A DNA stretch of 64,000 nucleotides from an uncultured Acidobacteriota bacterium (GTDB lineage Bacteria; Acidobacteriota; Blastocatellia; RBC074), in assembly GCA_963796275.1 (NCBI GenBank), contig CAWCKY010000003.1, positions 224,001 through 288,000 of the forward strand, written 5' to 3'. A program made the translations under genes and the position numbers. Each line of letters opens with the position of its first letter. Position 1 is the stretch's first letter. Below the pieces are notes generated by a model, which had not been told where the DNA came from, did not search any database, and saw nothing but the letters and a program-made list of their open reading frames with translations. Shown here in pieces: positions 21,567-35,559 of the stretch.

Positions 21567-21910
21567 CGATATTTTGAATTTGTCGTGATTGATAGAATTT
21601 CACTTATCGCGTCAATACAAATAGTTGGAAAAGTATCATTCCATAATTCTGAATATAATTGGGATTTCTGGAGAAAAATCTATAGTTTTCCATAGGATAA
21701 AAAATCTGAGCTCGCCGTTTTAAAGTCGCCCGGGTTTATCCTGATTAAAGTATTTCAGTTAAAACTGGTATCGCCGCTTGAACTGCATTCCACTTTGACC
21801 TCGTCACATCCCCGAATATTGTACGCCGATAAAAATGCAACGGCGCGGAGTATACCGGATGCAAGGTGTGCCCATCATCACTAGACCAATTTCCCCTCGA
21901 TGGCGCATTA

Positions 21911-23176
21911 TCACTCAACTTTGATGGGTTGGGAATTGATCTGCGTTTGTCGCCTAGCCTGCAGCTTTTTGATTGCGCTGGCGGCTCGATCAACGTCGCG
22001 CATTCCAGTTTGAATCGCCACATCAAGAGCAAAGCTGCGCGATTCGCCAGGCCCTAGTTTTGGTACACGGCCCGCTTTTCGCTCAATGCTCCGATTGGCT
22101 GGAAAGCCGGAGCCAGGTTCGAGTCCCGTCACGCAGCCTTCTTCGGCTGCAGTCGTATTCTTCCAGAGCGTGAAGTACGGCAACTGCGTCACGTCCCACG
22201 TCATTGTGACTGCCTTGTCCCTCGTGGCATTGCGCAGCATGACCGTCGTGCGCCGCTGCTGGTCCGCAAACAGGGTGAGGCCATAGACCTGTTCGATGAA
22301 CCCCTTCGTCGGTGCGGCATATTCGCTGTACTCGCTAAGCCCCCGGGCGGCGTGCGCATTGAAGGGGCGAGCTTCCTTCACGGCGGCCACCAGGCTCGCA
22401 CCTGCCTCAAGCAGCGGCGGGCCGAAGTTGGCGTGATAGATGATCTGAAACTCCTGATCGTATGCCCCATAGTTGGTCAGCTTGTCTTCGATACGAAATG
22501 AGTTCGAACCGGGTTCGGTCGACACTTCCGTCCACAGTTCCAGCTTCGGCCCGTAAAACATTCGCTCATCCACGCGCCCGCGGAGGCGGATGCGATGCGG
22601 CGGTTGACGGTCAATGACGATTTCGACTTCAGAAGCGGGTATGTTGCCGATGCGGCCATGAAGCGTCAGTTCCATCTCGGCCCGGTCACCAGTGTTATTG
22701 ATGAATTCGTCCCGTCCTGGGTGGCCGGCCCATTCCATACCGCAGCGAACCATAAATTCATTGAATCCCTCGAGCCAGCCGAGTCCGCCGCGCGATTGCA
22801 GATTGATAAATTGTGGATGCACGACTTCCTTAACCGGTGAATTCCAGCCAAGCGTGACATCGCCTGATGTGACCTTCAGCAAGCTCATCCCCCGCGTCGG
22901 TATCACAGTGAGAGCCAGTCTGCCGTTATCCACGACTACCACGTCAACGCCTTCTTGTTTGCCGCCGCGCAGGATGTATTTCCGAACCGACCAGTTGGCC
23001 TCGGCGCTCAGCTTCATATCACGATTTGTGATTTGCCAGTTATCCAGGTGAACGTTGCGTTCGACGCTGGTGAGCGTCTGGCGATATGGCTCCGTCGGTT
23101 GCGACCCCCCTGAGGGTACCAGCCAGAGCAAGGCGAGTGTTGAGGCAAGTGTTGTCAGCCAAAACGTCTTCAGCAT
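21911..23176 (-). CDS. aldose 1-epimerase-like DUF4432 protein, exported
   Basis: [22 protein letters not shown]...[23 protein letters not shown]; CAGGAG RBS and signal peptide from 23176. Confidence 0.85.
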   Translation of the reverse strand: MLKTFWLTTLASTLALLWLVPSGGSQPTEPYRQTLTSVERNVHLDNWQITNRDMKLSAEANWSVRKYILRGGKQEGVDVVVVDNGRLALTVIPTRGMSLLKVTSGDVTLGWNSPVKEVVHPQFINLQSRGGLGWLEGFNEFMVRCGMEWAGHPGRDEFINNTGDRAEMELTLHGRIGNIPASEVEIVIDRQPPHRIRLRGRVDERMFYGPKLELWTEVSTEPGSNSFRIEDKLTNYGAYDQEFQIIYHANFGPPLLEAGASLVAAVKEARPFNAHAARGLSEYSEYAAPTKGFIEQVYGLTLFADQQRRTTVMLRNATRDKAVTMTWDVTQLPYFTLWKNTTAAEEGCVTGLEPGSGFPANRSIERKAGRVPKLGPGESRSFALDVAIQTGMRDVDRAASAIKKLQARRQTQINSQPIKVE

Positions 23177-23434
23177 GCGGATAGCTCCTGAGTGTTTCGT
23201 GTGGTCAAGCATCAAGCATTTAACAAGGACACTACTGGAATGCTTTTCGATCGCCGCAGCTGCGAGCGGGGCCTTCACCTTTTACCCTTCGGCATTAGGG
23301 CGCAGAACTGCGGATGCCCGAATCACTATAATCCGCTCTCCACTTCGTAATCAAAACAAAATTTGTGCCCAGCTGCCGATTTCCGGCCATTCACGAATCT
23401 TCCTATCCGCGATGAAATGTTCCGTCTCCGAGCC

Positions 23435-23630
23435 CTTAGCTATAGGCGCTGTAGGCGCGTTGGGAGCGACCCGGTTGCTTGAACAGATGCTGTTTGAAGT
23501 CAAGCCCTGGGACCCTCTTACTTTTTCGGCGGTGGGACTCTTCGTTTTACTGGTAGCCATATCTGCCTGTGCCTTGCCGGCCCTGAAGGCAACGAGGGTG
23601 GATCCGCTGGCCGCGTTACGCCGAGAATGA
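23435..23630 (+). pseudogene. C-terminal remnant of ADOP/MacB-type ABC permease
   Basis: TRLLEQMLFEVKPWDPLTF...ACALPALKATRVDPLAALRRE with no upstream part of the gene. Confidence 0.8.
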
Positions 23631-23818
23631 CGCTGCCTTCCCCATAAATCATCGATGAAAATCGCTCGCCCTGATTTCACGGATTTTCTGCAATCTTGCT
23701 GGCTGAAGAACGTATATACTGCTTTACCGTTGCGATGCACGAGCTACTTCGAAAATGGGATTGACTTTGATCCAGGTCACTCATCGCAATATTACTCACA
23801 CTTAGCAAAACATACGAG

Positions 23819-25314
<1,496 letters not shown>

Positions 25315-25699
25315 TTCAAGGCCGTCGGCAGGAGAGAAGAAATCTTTGGTGATTCCGGCAATGCGGATCGGATTATAGGCAATGCTCTCGACCTGGTATG
25401 GCACTTCGCCTTTCGCTTACCAGTCCTACCATTGAGTAGCAACTGCTAACTAATAATCTCGATTTGCTAAGATAAGTCACACAGAATTACAAAAGTGGCA
25501 GAAAAAATTTATTCTTAGTGGAACTGTGAGCCCTATCTCCCGTTATATGTATACTGGCCCGAGTGAAATATATTTTGCGAGAAAAGAATTTCATGACCCA
25601 TCTTCATGAAACTAGATGAACGGGTTTATTTCGTTAAACTTATGTATTCTATTTTCATACCAATCAATAATTTTTACCTGCCTAATTATGAGCGTAGCT

Positions 25700-27682
25700 A
25701 TGAATCTCACTAAAATGTTGGCCGTGCTGATGGCTGTGGCATTACAAATTAACGGTCAATCTCTCGCCACAGTCATGCAAGATAATCAAGAGAAAGATAA
25801 AGCCGAAGATCAATTATTACCTGGGAAATCTCTCATCGTTGACGGTGTGCCAAAAGTACCAAAAGAATTAGGTAGCATTTATGATGGTGTGCAAGGTACA
25901 GCGTATGAGTTAATGGGATGGGAGGGAGACAGGTCAGAGATGCGAATCTTAGAAAGATGGCCATATCCAACGATTTATGCGATCTCTACACCTGGAAAAG
26001 ATGGAACGGCATTGCCCAACATTCGACCGAAAGAAGGATTTGTTTATGATTATTATTTCGATCGAAAAGGCAAGAATCTGGTTTACAACGTAGACGTAAA
26101 CGGAAACGAGTTATTCCAATTCTATTTTTATGATGCTCTTGCTCAAAAGAGTATTAGACTTACTGATGGCAAGTCGCGGAATGTCGAACCTATCTGGTCA
26201 CATGATGGAGATTATGTCGTATGGGGGGCAACTCCTGAGGGTGAAACTGGAATGGAACTTCACATATGCAATCCATTTCATCCGGAGAGCCTTAAACGTT
26301 TGATCTCATCGTCGGGGAACCCTTTGGAAGCCTTCGACTGGTCACCGGATGACCGTTACATCGTATATGTAGAATACCTTTCTCTGAGAAACGACAGCCG
26401 CCTATGGTTGGTCGATGTGTCTACTGGTAGGAAAGAATTACTTGCGCCATTAAATACTGATGATAACGCATATTACGGAAGCCCTGTATATTCAGCGGAT
26501 GGTAAGCACATATTGCTCATAACCGATCAGGAGTCCGAATTCAGAAGACTGGCCCTACTTGATCTGTCAAGTAAAAAGATCAAGTACTTAACAATGAACA
26601 TTAATTGGGATGTTGATAAGTTTGCGCTCTCGCCTGATGGGAAACTGCTTGCATTTGAGACTAACGAAGATGGGGTATCTAAACTTCATCTGTATGATGT
26701 TAAGACCAATACTATTGTTGCAATGTTGGACACCCCCCCCGGCATCATTTTGAAATTAGCCTGGCACAACAATTCCAGGGATCTGGCTCTCAGCTTGGAG
26801 TCTCCGCGTACGATGGGGGATATTTACGTGTTCAATGTTGAAAGCAAGAAGATGGTGTGCTGGTCTAAGGCAAAATTGAGCGGGCTCAATTCTGAAGAGA
26901 TTCAATTCCCGCAACTGCTTCACTATAAGAGTTTCGATGAAAGAGTGATTTCCGGGTTCATTTATCGCCCAACAGTCAGAGCCGGAAAGCTTCCAGTTTT
27001 AATTGAAATTCACGGTGGTCCAGAAGACCAGTTCCGCCCTAAATTCGATTTCGTTGATCATACAATCATAAATAAACTGGGAATAGCAAAAATATACCCG
27101 AATGTTCGCGGATCGTCCGGTTATGGAAAGACGTTTTTGAAACTTGATAATGGAGTGCGTCGCAATGACGCGTTAAAAGACATCGAATATCTGTTGAGTT
27201 GGATAAAAAAACAACCAGACCTGGATGGAGACAAGGTTGTAATTACGGGACAGAGTTATGGCGGATATATGTCTCTTCTAGCCGCGGCAAATTACAGTGG
27301 TAAGATTCGCGGAGCCATTTCGACCTCCGGACCAACAAATTTGGTTTCTTTTTTAGAAAATACAACTGGATGGCGAAGAGACTTACGTCGAGCAGAATAT
27401 GGTGATGAACGGGACCAAAAAATCAGATTTGAGCTTAATAAAGTAGCCCCTAGAAATAACATCGAAAATATAACTGCCCCAATCCTTATATTTCAGGGGA
27501 TGAATGACCCGCGGGTTCCATTCGGCGAGTCATCGGATATGGTTCAGCAACTCAAATCTAAGAAACGAAATATCTGGTATGTTCTGGCCAAAGATGAGGG
27601 ACATGGTTTCGCATATGGTGAAAACGGCTTGTTTCGAGATTGCGTAACGATCCTTTTTCTCAAGCATTTTCTTGTGAAATAG
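25700..27682 (+). CDS. S9 family (prolyl oligopeptidase-like) peptidase
   Basis: TolB-like propeller (WSPDD, LSPDGK), IHGGP, PNVRGSSGYG, GQSYGG, NDPRVP, DEGHGF; start uncertain. Confidence 0.92.
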   Translation: MNLTKMLAVLMAVALQINGQSLATVMQDNQEKDKAEDQLLPGKSLIVDGVPKVPKELGSIYDGVQGTAYELMGWEGDRSEMRILERWPYPTIYAISTPGKDGTALPNIRPKEGFVYDYYFDRKGKNLVYNVDVNGNELFQFYFYDALAQKSIRLTDGKSRNVEPIWSHDGDYVVWGATPEGETGMELHICNPFHPESLKRLISSSGNPLEAFDWSPDDRYIVYVEYLSLRNDSRLWLVDVSTGRKELLAPLNTDDNAYYGSPVYSADGKHILLITDQESEFRRLALLDLSSKKIKYLTMNINWDVDKFALSPDGKLLAFETNEDGVSKLHLYDVKTNTIVAMLDTPPGIILKLAWHNNSRDLALSLESPRTMGDIYVFNVESKKMVCWSKAKLSGLNSEEIQFPQLLHYKSFDERVISGFIYRPTVRAGKLPVLIEIHGGPEDQFRPKFDFVDHTIINKLGIAKIYPNVRGSSGYGKTFLKLDNGVRRNDALKDIEYLLSWIKKQPDLDGDKVVITGQSYGGYMSLLAAANYSGKIRGAISTSGPTNLVSFLENTTGWRRDLRRAEYGDERDQKIRFELNKVAPRNNIENITAPILIFQGMNDPRVPFGESSDMVQQLKSKKRNIWYVLAKDEGHGFAYGENGLFRDCVTILFLKHFLVK

Positions 27683-27878
27683 TTGGAGAAATCGTTTATT
27701 AGCCATAACCACACAAGAAGATATACATGAAAAAGTTAGTGCGAATCGCCATCGCACTATCGATGATTATGTGTCTAAGTACACCTACTACAACCAGAGC
27801 TCAATATTAAACGACTAATGATATGCGAGGTGGTGGAGAAAACACTCCTCCAATATGCTTACCACCCAAGATATGTCC

Positions 27879-27911
27879 AAAAAAATGGGCTCCCTTGAAA
27901 CAGGGAGCCCA
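27879..27911 (-). terminator. intrinsic terminator after TBDR 27937-31699
   Basis: TGGGCTCCCT/AGGGAGCCCA stem plus T-tract on minus strand. Confidence 0.8.
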
Positions 27912-27936
27912 AGTATCTTCCAGGTGAAGATTTCGG

Positions 27937-30900
27937 TTAGAACTGGTATCGCAGCGCGAACTGCATTTCACGCGACATGCTTGCCGATGATGTCACCTGC
28001 CCAAACGTTGGCAGGCTGATATTGCTGATCGGCAATGCGAATCCATTAGTATTTAAGGCATTGTAGGATTCCCAGCGGAACTGCAGCGACTGTGACTCCG
28101 ACCACGGCAATCTGAAGTTCTTCAGGACAGACGTATCCAGGTTCCAGAAACCCGGGCCGCGTAAAACGTTACGGTTACCGCTCCCTCCATTGAGCGGGAA
28201 CCGCACTGCATTAAGCGCCGCTGTCTGATTGGCGAAGAACTGGATGCTGCCGCTGCCGTCAGTCGCATCGTTGATTTGTTGCTGAAGAGCGCTGGTGTCG
28301 CCACTGTTGAGTGCAGCCGCACTCGGGTTAACGAAGCTTACCGGGAATGCACTGGTAGTCAGGTTGAAAGGCAATCCGCTGCGATAGGTGAATATGCCGC
28401 CCACCTGCCAGCCTCCGATCAACGCATCCCGCAGACCGCGCGCATTCCCGCCCATCGCCTTTCCGCGGCCGAATGGTAGTTCGTATATGCCGTTCACGTT
28501 GATCAGATGGCGGAGGTCGAAGTCCGAATTTCCGCGACAAGCGCGTAGATTGCGGACGTCGCAGATCAAACCGCCGGTCGTAGTATTCGCAACGCTCGAT
28601 ACATTGTCGATCGAGTGTGAGAAAGAGTAGTTGAAGTCGAACTGGAGACCCTGCGCGAACCGTTTGCGCAGGCTGACCAGCATGCCATTGTAACTCGACG
28701 ATCCGAGATTGGTGACAAAGGCGTTCGCTGCGTACTGTGCACTCAGTCCTGTGTTGGGAGCGATCAACCCACCAGCAGTGAGTGCCTGGATAACACTGCT
28801 GGTATCACCGCTCTGAATCAGAACCGGTACGGCCGATGCGAGAAGAGATGTGCCGCCTGGACCAATCTGATTCTCGAACCAGGGTTGTGGAGTCACCGCT
28901 CCTGCCGCCACTCCCGCCTGAAGCTGCGCCTGCAGCCCATTGAAGGCGGCCAGCATGAACTGACCCGATGTCGGATCTCTGAAATCGAGAATCTGCGCCG
29001 CGTCCACCTGCGAGAAGAGCTTGCGCGCCTGCCTTCCCACGTACGCCATCTCGAGGATGAAATTGCCCGGCATTTCGCGCTGGAATCCGAAGCTGTATTC
29101 GACCGAGTAGGGGGTCCTGAACCTTTGATCCAGGGCATAGTTGGCCTGTCCTAACGCAGTCCCAATCGGAACCCCATTCATCACGTTAGGAGTGGCCGGA
29201 TTGGTGATCGCAGGCGCAACGTTCTGGATAGGTAGTGAGCCGGTTCCGGTGAATCGCGGATCCATCAACAGGGAAGCGGTGGGATCGCCCACACCGAAAG
29301 GCGTTGGTACTGTGTTATTGAACAGATAATTGAACTGGTCCTGAACGAAAGTGAGCCCTCCGGAAACTCGATCATAAACGACCGATCCGCCCGCCCGGAT
29401 GACAGTCTTGCGATCACCGAATATCTTACCCAACAACCCATTCTGGAATGTAGGATTCCATGCGAGATTCAGTCGCGGCGCGAAGTTGTTACGATCCGGA
29501 GCATATGGTCCGGGTGCATTATTTCCTTGCCCGATCGGAAAATAACTTATGAAAGGTTCCGCCGTATTACCGTTGATCCCGGCGGCGGCATTCTGAAACC
29601 GGATGGCAAGCAGGTTCTGCAAATCCGCGTTATTGCCGGACTGAAACCCGTTAGCCTCATATGGCGACGAGTAATAGTGGTAGCGCAATCCATAGGTTAT
29701 CGTAAGGTCGTTTCTCACGCGCCAGCTATCCTGCGCATAAGCTTCATACTCGTTATATCGATAATCGCGCGTCTGCCCGGTCCCGAGAGGAAAGGGGTTG
29801 CCGGCTGTGTCGTAGTTGAAGTTTGTGGTGATAAGCGAGTAGCGCCCCAGCAGGAAAGGGAACGCAAAATCGTAATTGTTGATCGCCACGTTGTTGATAT
29901 CGGTGCCGATATCTGCCGGACGGAGAGCAGCGTTGAGAGCAAGAAGGTTGCCGCCGAGGCCGAGATCCTGCAGAATTGAAATCATTCCTAAGCCCCGACC
30001 TTAGACGGATCGGTTTGAAAGAGACGCCGAATGACATGTCATGTGATCCTTTGCTCCAGTTCAGGTCATCGCGAAAAGTGGGTAAAGGGACACGCCGCGT
30101 TTGCGTACTTATTGTCGGAAAGGGCACGGATAGCCCAAAGTTGCTTCCGAACATCCCTCCGGTGGGTGCCGGTACCCCGAATATATTCGGAGAAGTGGGC
30201 GTGAATGGTGCATTTATATTGGACGAGGCGCGCGTCACTCCGACAGTCACCTGGTTCGCTAGCGACGGACTGATGGTCCAGGTATGGCCGCCAGCAAACG
30301 AAAAGTCGCGCAAGACGATCCGGCCGCTCTCCGGGTCAGCGGGGAACTGCTGGGCTACCGTATTGCCCGTGTCTGTAAAGGATGTGCGCACGATATTCAC
30401 ACGTCCGAATAATTTCTGGTTATCGGTTGCGTTCAGATCGATGCGATTCGTATAGATATTTCCCGATCGGTTGGACGGTGCGTTGAACCTGAAACCGCCG
30501 GTATTGATACCATCGCCTACCGTAAGATCATTGGCTCGCGGATAACGGCCATTGACCAGGCTCAAAAGGGCCTGATTGGCTCCGACTCCCTGTGGGTCCA
30601 TAGCCGCAATCTGGGCCGGCGACAGAATGGAGATGCCTCCCGCGTTATTGATGTAGGCTAAATTACCACTCCTGAAACTATCGAGAGGGACGATGCGTAA
30701 TTGCGGCACGCCCTGGGCATCGCGCCGGCCTTCATAATCGAAGAAAAAGAATAGCTTGTCTTTGCCGTTAAATCCCGGCAGATAGACCGGCCCTCCGATG
30801 TTTCCTCCGAACTGATTGCGAGTCAATTGAGGCTTGGGAAGGCTGCGGCCCGTGTTTGGGTCGATCGTCCGATTGTTAAAGAAGGTATTGGCCGCTGTCG

Positions 30901-31699
30901 CTGATGTACGGTTGTACTCGCGCAGCGAACCATGAAATTGGTTGCTACCGCTCTTGGTGACCAACAATATTTGGCTCCCGCTGCTTCGACCTTCGGCGGC
31001 GCCAGGATTGGTTGTAACAGTGCGGAATTCCTGAATCGAATCGATCGGAGCAAAAGCGATTGTAAAAAATGCCTGACCGGTTGCGGCGTCATTGGCATCA
31101 ATTCCATCGACTGTGATATTTCCCTGATCGGCACGCGAACCGGTGGATGAACCTAAAATATTGATCCCCGCCAGTCCCATACCCGTTCCCAGGTTGTTTC
31201 CGATCACTCCTGGTTGCAGGCCGAGGAGAGCGGCCGGCGTTTCGCGTATCTGGATCGGAAGTGCCTGCAGCCTGCGCGTTTCGATATTGTTGCCGATGCT
31301 CGCATCGGTCGTATTCAATGTCGCTCCGCCCAGAGCCGTCACCGTCACCGAGTTGGTCACCTGTCCGATCTGCAGCTGTCCGTTCTGCGTCTCCGTGACT
31401 CCAACTCCGAGCGTGACATTTTTGAGTATCAGCGTTTCAAAACCCGACGCCGTGAATTCAAGCATATAACCGCTACCCGGCGATAACTTGTGGAAAGAAT
31501 AAACTCCCTGTTCATTCGTAATGGTTGACTGCTCCTTTGATGTCTTGGTATCCGTGAGTTTCACCTCGGCACCGCCGATCGCTGCGCCTGTCATATCTGT
31601 CAGAACGCCTGTCAGGGATGAAGTCTGCTGAGCCGGAACTATTGTGGGAAAGAACATCATGAGAAGCGACAATATCAATATATGTTTTGCTTCTTTCAT
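27937..31699 (-). CDS. Oar-type TonB-dependent receptor (single frameshift near 29975)
   Basis: ORFs 29753-31699 and 27937-29985 join as NDFN|LQDLGLGG if one T is removed; ends MQFALRYQF; AGGAGG RBS. Confidence 0.9.
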
Positions 31700-31794
31700 T
31701 ATTTTGGTGTGCCTCCTTGTTTGCCTGAAGATACGGGGTTTCTGATTTTCATCGGAATTAGGCAGGGAGAAACTACTTGGACTGTCGCGTGAGC

Positions 31795-32262
31795 TTAAAT
31801 CTGGTAGGCGAGTCTGTAACTATCGATCAATTGGCCTACCGGGGAGTTATTCACATACACAAACGCCGCAATCTGCTCCTCTTCTTCCTTCTCTTGCTCC
31901 AATTGCCAAATAATATATTGCGACGAGACCTCTCTCAGTCTTCGATCGACTTCTTGCGAGAGTCGCACATTGATCGTTCCATCGTTTCCTACTCGCAGCC
32001 CTGAGTTCTCGCAATTATTGTTGTTGTATTGCGCGGCAGCGTATTTCACATCGGGCGCATTCTGTTCCAGCCATCGACTGAATTCGGGGTGAAGCGGGTC
32101 AAGTCCATAGTGCTGCCACAAAAGAGCAATCATCACTGCGCTCGATGAGACCGTTTTTCCCTCGCTACCGGCAGACATTTCTACCACAACCGAGAGCAGA
32201 TCATCCATTGAACCCGCTGGATTCTGCCTTTTTCGCGCAAAAATATTGATGCTCTGGAACAT
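31795..32262 (-). CDS. hypothetical protein upstream of TBDR
   Basis: 155-aa ORF with AAGGA RBS, co-oriented with the TBDR. Confidence 0.55.
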   Translation of the reverse strand: MFQSINIFARKRQNPAGSMDDLLSVVVEMSAGSEGKTVSSSAVMIALLWQHYGLDPLHPEFSRWLEQNAPDVKYAAAQYNNNNCENSGLRVGNDGTINVRLSQEVDRRLREVSSQYIIWQLEQEKEEEEQIAAFVYVNNSPVGQLIDSYRLAYQI

Positions 32263-32384
32263 TTAATTATCCTTTTTATTTTTCTGGAGGGCACTTTTGC
32301 GGGGCTTTTTCAAGTCGAACAATTTCCCCTTCTCGCTTTCAGGTGCTGGAAATGAATGAAACATGTCGTGGAGAGTTAAGAAGC

Positions 32385-32413
32385 TTGACACATCTTCCGC
32401 TGGCCTGTAGTAT
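32385..32413 (+). promoter_or_regulatory. sigma-70 promoter of tRNA pair
   Basis: TTGACA-17 nt-TAGTAT, 22 nt upstream of tRNA-Val. Confidence 0.75.
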
Positions 32414-32435
32414 TTTCGCTCGTTCGATAATACGG

Positions 32436-32507
32436 AGGCACGTATGTCAATGGTAGACGGCTTCCCTTACAAGGAAGAGGTTGGGGGTTCGAGTCCCTCC
32501 GTGCCTA
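32436..32507 (+). tRNA. tRNA-Val(TAC)
   Basis: AGGCACG/CGTGCCT acceptor, CTTCC-CTTACAA-GGAAG anticodon arm, GGGGG-TTCGAGT-CCCTC; CCA not encoded. Confidence 0.9.
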
Positions 32508-32543
32508 TTCGATTTCAAATCTGATAGTTGATTTGAAGTTTGA

Positions 32544-32625
<82 letters not shown>

Positions 32626-32701
32626 TAAAAGATTCAGTACCCTGAAATATAAATAGTTGCCGCTCGACCTGCGGGCGGCTTTGCCATCTTATCATTGTAG
32701 C

Positions 32702-32866
32702 GCTCAGCCCGTTACTGCGGGCTTCTTCGCATGGCTTCAGCCTGTTCCTCGAGCACGGATGGTGAAGCCGAGACTCAAGGACGCTCAAGCGCCCTCAGTG
32801 AATACTCCTCAAGCTGACCAGTCCCCAACCGACTGGCCTATGGTCCTGCGGGAAAGCCCGGGCTGC
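32702..32866. ncRNA. candidate rod-shaped structured RNA (6S-like architecture)
   Basis: Nested end-to-end pairings CAGCCCG/CGGGCTG, TGCGGG/CCTGCG, CATGG/CTATG, TCAGCCTG/CAAGCTGA, plus side hairpin CCAGTC/GACTGG; no convincing ORF. Confidence 0.4.
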
Positions 32867-32886
32867 CGGGCCGAATAAATATTTCT

Positions 32887-34098
32887 ATGCTCAGCATCGA
32901 TGATGCGCTCAATATTATATTGGAAAATACGCCTTTTCTGGCGGACAAGCATATCGCGCTTACAGAGGCAGAAGGATATTTCTTACGACGCGATGCATTA
33001 TCTGATCTCGATCTGCCGCCGTTCGACCGAGCACGAATGGACGGGTATGCGGTAAGAGCGGTTGACACAGAAAGTGCGTCATCCGGGCGGCCCGCACGAT
33101 TACGCGCAACAGGCGAGGCTGCTGCTGGTCACGCTTTCGATGGCGTCGTCGGAGTCGGCGAAGCAGTTCGGATAATGACCGGCGCCCCGCTGCCGTCAGG
33201 CGCTGATGCAGTCCAGAAGATCGAAGTCATCCGTCTCCTCGATAACGGCTGGATCGAAATCGATGAACCGGTTAAACCGGGCCAATTCGTATCGCCCCGC
33301 GGAATCGAGGCGCGGGCTGGAGAGGTAATGGTCCGTAAGGGCGAGCGCATCACACCTTCGGTTGCCGCAGTCCTAGCCAGCTTTGGATGCGCCAGGGTAA
33401 CGGTCTCGCGCAAGCCTCGCATCGCGGTGCTTTCGACCGGCACGGAACTCGTCGAGGTCGATCAGAAACCCGGCCCTTCACAAATTCGCAATTCCAACAC
33501 TTATTCGCTCGCGGGATATGCGCGGGGTGCGGGATGCGAAACAGTCAGCGCGCGTTTGGTCCGTGATGATCTGGATGCCACTCGCACAGCTATCGCCGAT
33601 GCGTTACAAGAAGCCGATGTCGCCATACTCTCGGGCGGCGTCTCCATGGGAGACTATGATTTGGTCAAGCCCGCGCTGCGCGACCTGGGCGCAAAGGTTT
33701 GGGTTGAGAAAGTTGCGATGCACCCGGGAAAACCTACGGTCTTCGCTGGCCTCGGTGAGAAAATAATTTTCGGATTGCCGGGCAATCCCGTATCGGTGGC
33801 TGTATCGTTCCATCTTTTCGCGCGCCCGGCGCTTCTCAAGATGCAGGGTGCGAGAGAAATCGATCTTCCGCGAGTGCGCGCATATTTGACGCGCCCGGTA
33901 AAGGGTGCGCCGCCGCGCCGCAGTCATCAGCCGGCCAGACTGATGGTACGCGAAGGCCGGGCGGAAGCTGATCCTCTCAAGTGGAGCGGTTCGTCCGACC
34001 TGATCGCTTTTATGGGCGCCGATGCATTGATCGTCGTTCCCGAAGATTGCCAGGGATTGAATGAAGGCGAGCTGGTTGACGTTATTCTGATCAGATAG
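32887..34098 (+). CDS. moeA: molybdopterin molybdotransferase MoeA
   Basis: [45 protein letters not shown]. Confidence 0.95.
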   Translation: MLSIDDALNIILENTPFLADKHIALTEAEGYFLRRDALSDLDLPPFDRARMDGYAVRAVDTESASSGRPARLRATGEAAAGHAFDGVVGVGEAVRIMTGAPLPSGADAVQKIEVIRLLDNGWIEIDEPVKPGQFVSPRGIEARAGEVMVRKGERITPSVAAVLASFGCARVTVSRKPRIAVLSTGTELVEVDQKPGPSQIRNSNTYSLAGYARGAGCETVSARLVRDDLDATRTAIADALQEADVAILSGGVSMGDYDLVKPALRDLGAKVWVEKVAMHPGKPTVFAGLGEKIIFGLPGNPVSVAVSFHLFARPALLKMQGAREIDLPRVRAYLTRPVKGAPPRRSHQPARLMVREGRAEADPLKWSGSSDLIAFMGADALIVVPEDCQGLNEGELVDVILIR

Positions 34099-34223
34099 CG
34101 GAATTGTATGGTGCCAATAGACAGGGGGACGGAAGCCCGCCTATATGATCGGTGGCGGATTCCTATCTTCTGAATTGGGAGTCTGTCTCCATGCTTCCGC
34201 ATCCTTTATCCTTCAAATTCGTA

Positions 34224-34715
34224 ATGTCAGATCAATCGCAAAAAAATCTTTCGCATATTGATGAAGAAGGCCGGATCAAGATGGTTGATGTGGGTGATAA
34301 GTCAGCCACCCGGCGCACCGCCGAGGCAAGCGGGATGGTCAAGCTATCACCCGAAACGGTAGCGGCGATCCGCGAGCGGCGTACGAAAAAAGGAGATCCG
34401 CTCGAGACTGCGCGGCTTGCGGGAATAATGGGCGCTAAACGCACATCCGAGCTGATCCCGCTCTGCCATCCGTTAGCCCTGACGCATATCGATGTGCAGA
34501 TTAAGCTTGCCGATGACGGTGCGCAGATCACTGCCACGGCGTCGACTACCGGACAGACGGGGGTAGAGATGGAAGCGCTCACGGCCGTCTCGGTCACGGC
34601 TTTGACGCTCTATGATATGTGCAAAGCGATCGATCGGGCGATGACGATCAGCGATATCCGGCTCGAACGCAAGATTGGCGGGCGTTCGGGCGAATGGCGA
34701 AGAGAGACGAGTTAA
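34224..34715 (+). CDS. moaC: cyclic pyranopterin monophosphate synthase MoaC
   Basis: [49 protein letters not shown]. Confidence 0.95.
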   Translation: MSDQSQKNLSHIDEEGRIKMVDVGDKSATRRTAEASGMVKLSPETVAAIRERRTKKGDPLETARLAGIMGAKRTSELIPLCHPLALTHIDVQIKLADDGAQITATASTTGQTGVEMEALTAVSVTALTLYDMCKAIDRAMTISDIRLERKIGGRSGEWRRETS

Positions 34716-34720
34716 TCCTT

Positions 34721-35557
34721 ATGGAGCTGGCTGAGGCGTTGAAAAAACTCGAGGAGGCGCTGGGCGAGCATTACGGTTGGTCAAGCCACCCATTTCTGCG
34801 CCAGGAGATCAACACCGCGATCGCGCTCAAAGCCGGACGCCTGGGGATAACGCCGAGCAAATATTGCCAGATAGCAGCGGGGAGCCAGAGTGAATTGCTG
34901 GCGTTGGTTGAAGAGACCGCGATGGGCGATTCGTATTTTTTCCGCGAACGCGATCAATTCGAATGTCTGCGGACTAAAATCTTGCCGGAGCTGATGCACA
35001 GCCATCCACCGAATGGCAGATTGCGTCTCTGGAGTACAGCCTGCTCGACGGGGGAGGAAGCCTATTCGCTGGCGATCGCTTTCGATCAGGCGAGAACCGA
35101 TCACAACCAGTTGAAGGCGGAGGTCTTCGCCACCGACCTTCGCAACCGAGCGCTGCTGGAAGCGAGTCAGGCCCGTTACCGGTCGGTATCCTTGCGTGAA
35201 TTGGATGATGAGACGCGCAAGAGATATTTCGAAAAAACCGGTTTCTTTTCCCGCAAATCATCCAGCGAATTTTACACAGTCATCCCGGACATCCGCCGGG
35301 TCGTTACTTTTCGCCGGGTCAACCTGCTCGACCGGCTTTTCTGGAAAGGCATCAACAGCAAATTCGATCTGATCGTTTGCGCCAACCAGTTGCTCTTTCT
35401 GCATGGGTATGCGGGGAGACAGATGGTCCAGAATCTTACCAATTCATTACGTGAAGGCGGCTATCTGATGGTCGCGCCCAATGAAATAAAATTGGTCAAT
35501 TCATCCCGCTTCATCCAGCTCGTTAATTACCCTACTTTTTTCCGGCGTCTGGTTTGA
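34721..35557 (+). CDS. CheR-family methyltransferase
   Basis: [49 protein letters not shown]. Confidence 0.85.
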   Translation: MELAEALKKLEEALGEHYGWSSHPFLRQEINTAIALKAGRLGITPSKYCQIAAGSQSELLALVEETAMGDSYFFRERDQFECLRTKILPELMHSHPPNGRLRLWSTACSTGEEAYSLAIAFDQARTDHNQLKAEVFATDLRNRALLEASQARYRSVSLRELDDETRKRYFEKTGFFSRKSSSEFYTVIPDIRRVVTFRRVNLLDRLFWKGINSKFDLIVCANQLLFLHGYAGRQMVQNLTNSLREGGYLMVAPNEIKLVNSSRFIQLVNYPTFFRRLV

Positions 35558-35559
35558 AT

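Noticed and set aside
23055-23630. 191-aa ORF as an intact gene
   Set aside because: Only the last about 65 aa resemble an ABC permease; the 5' part overlaps the DUF4432 gene antisense.
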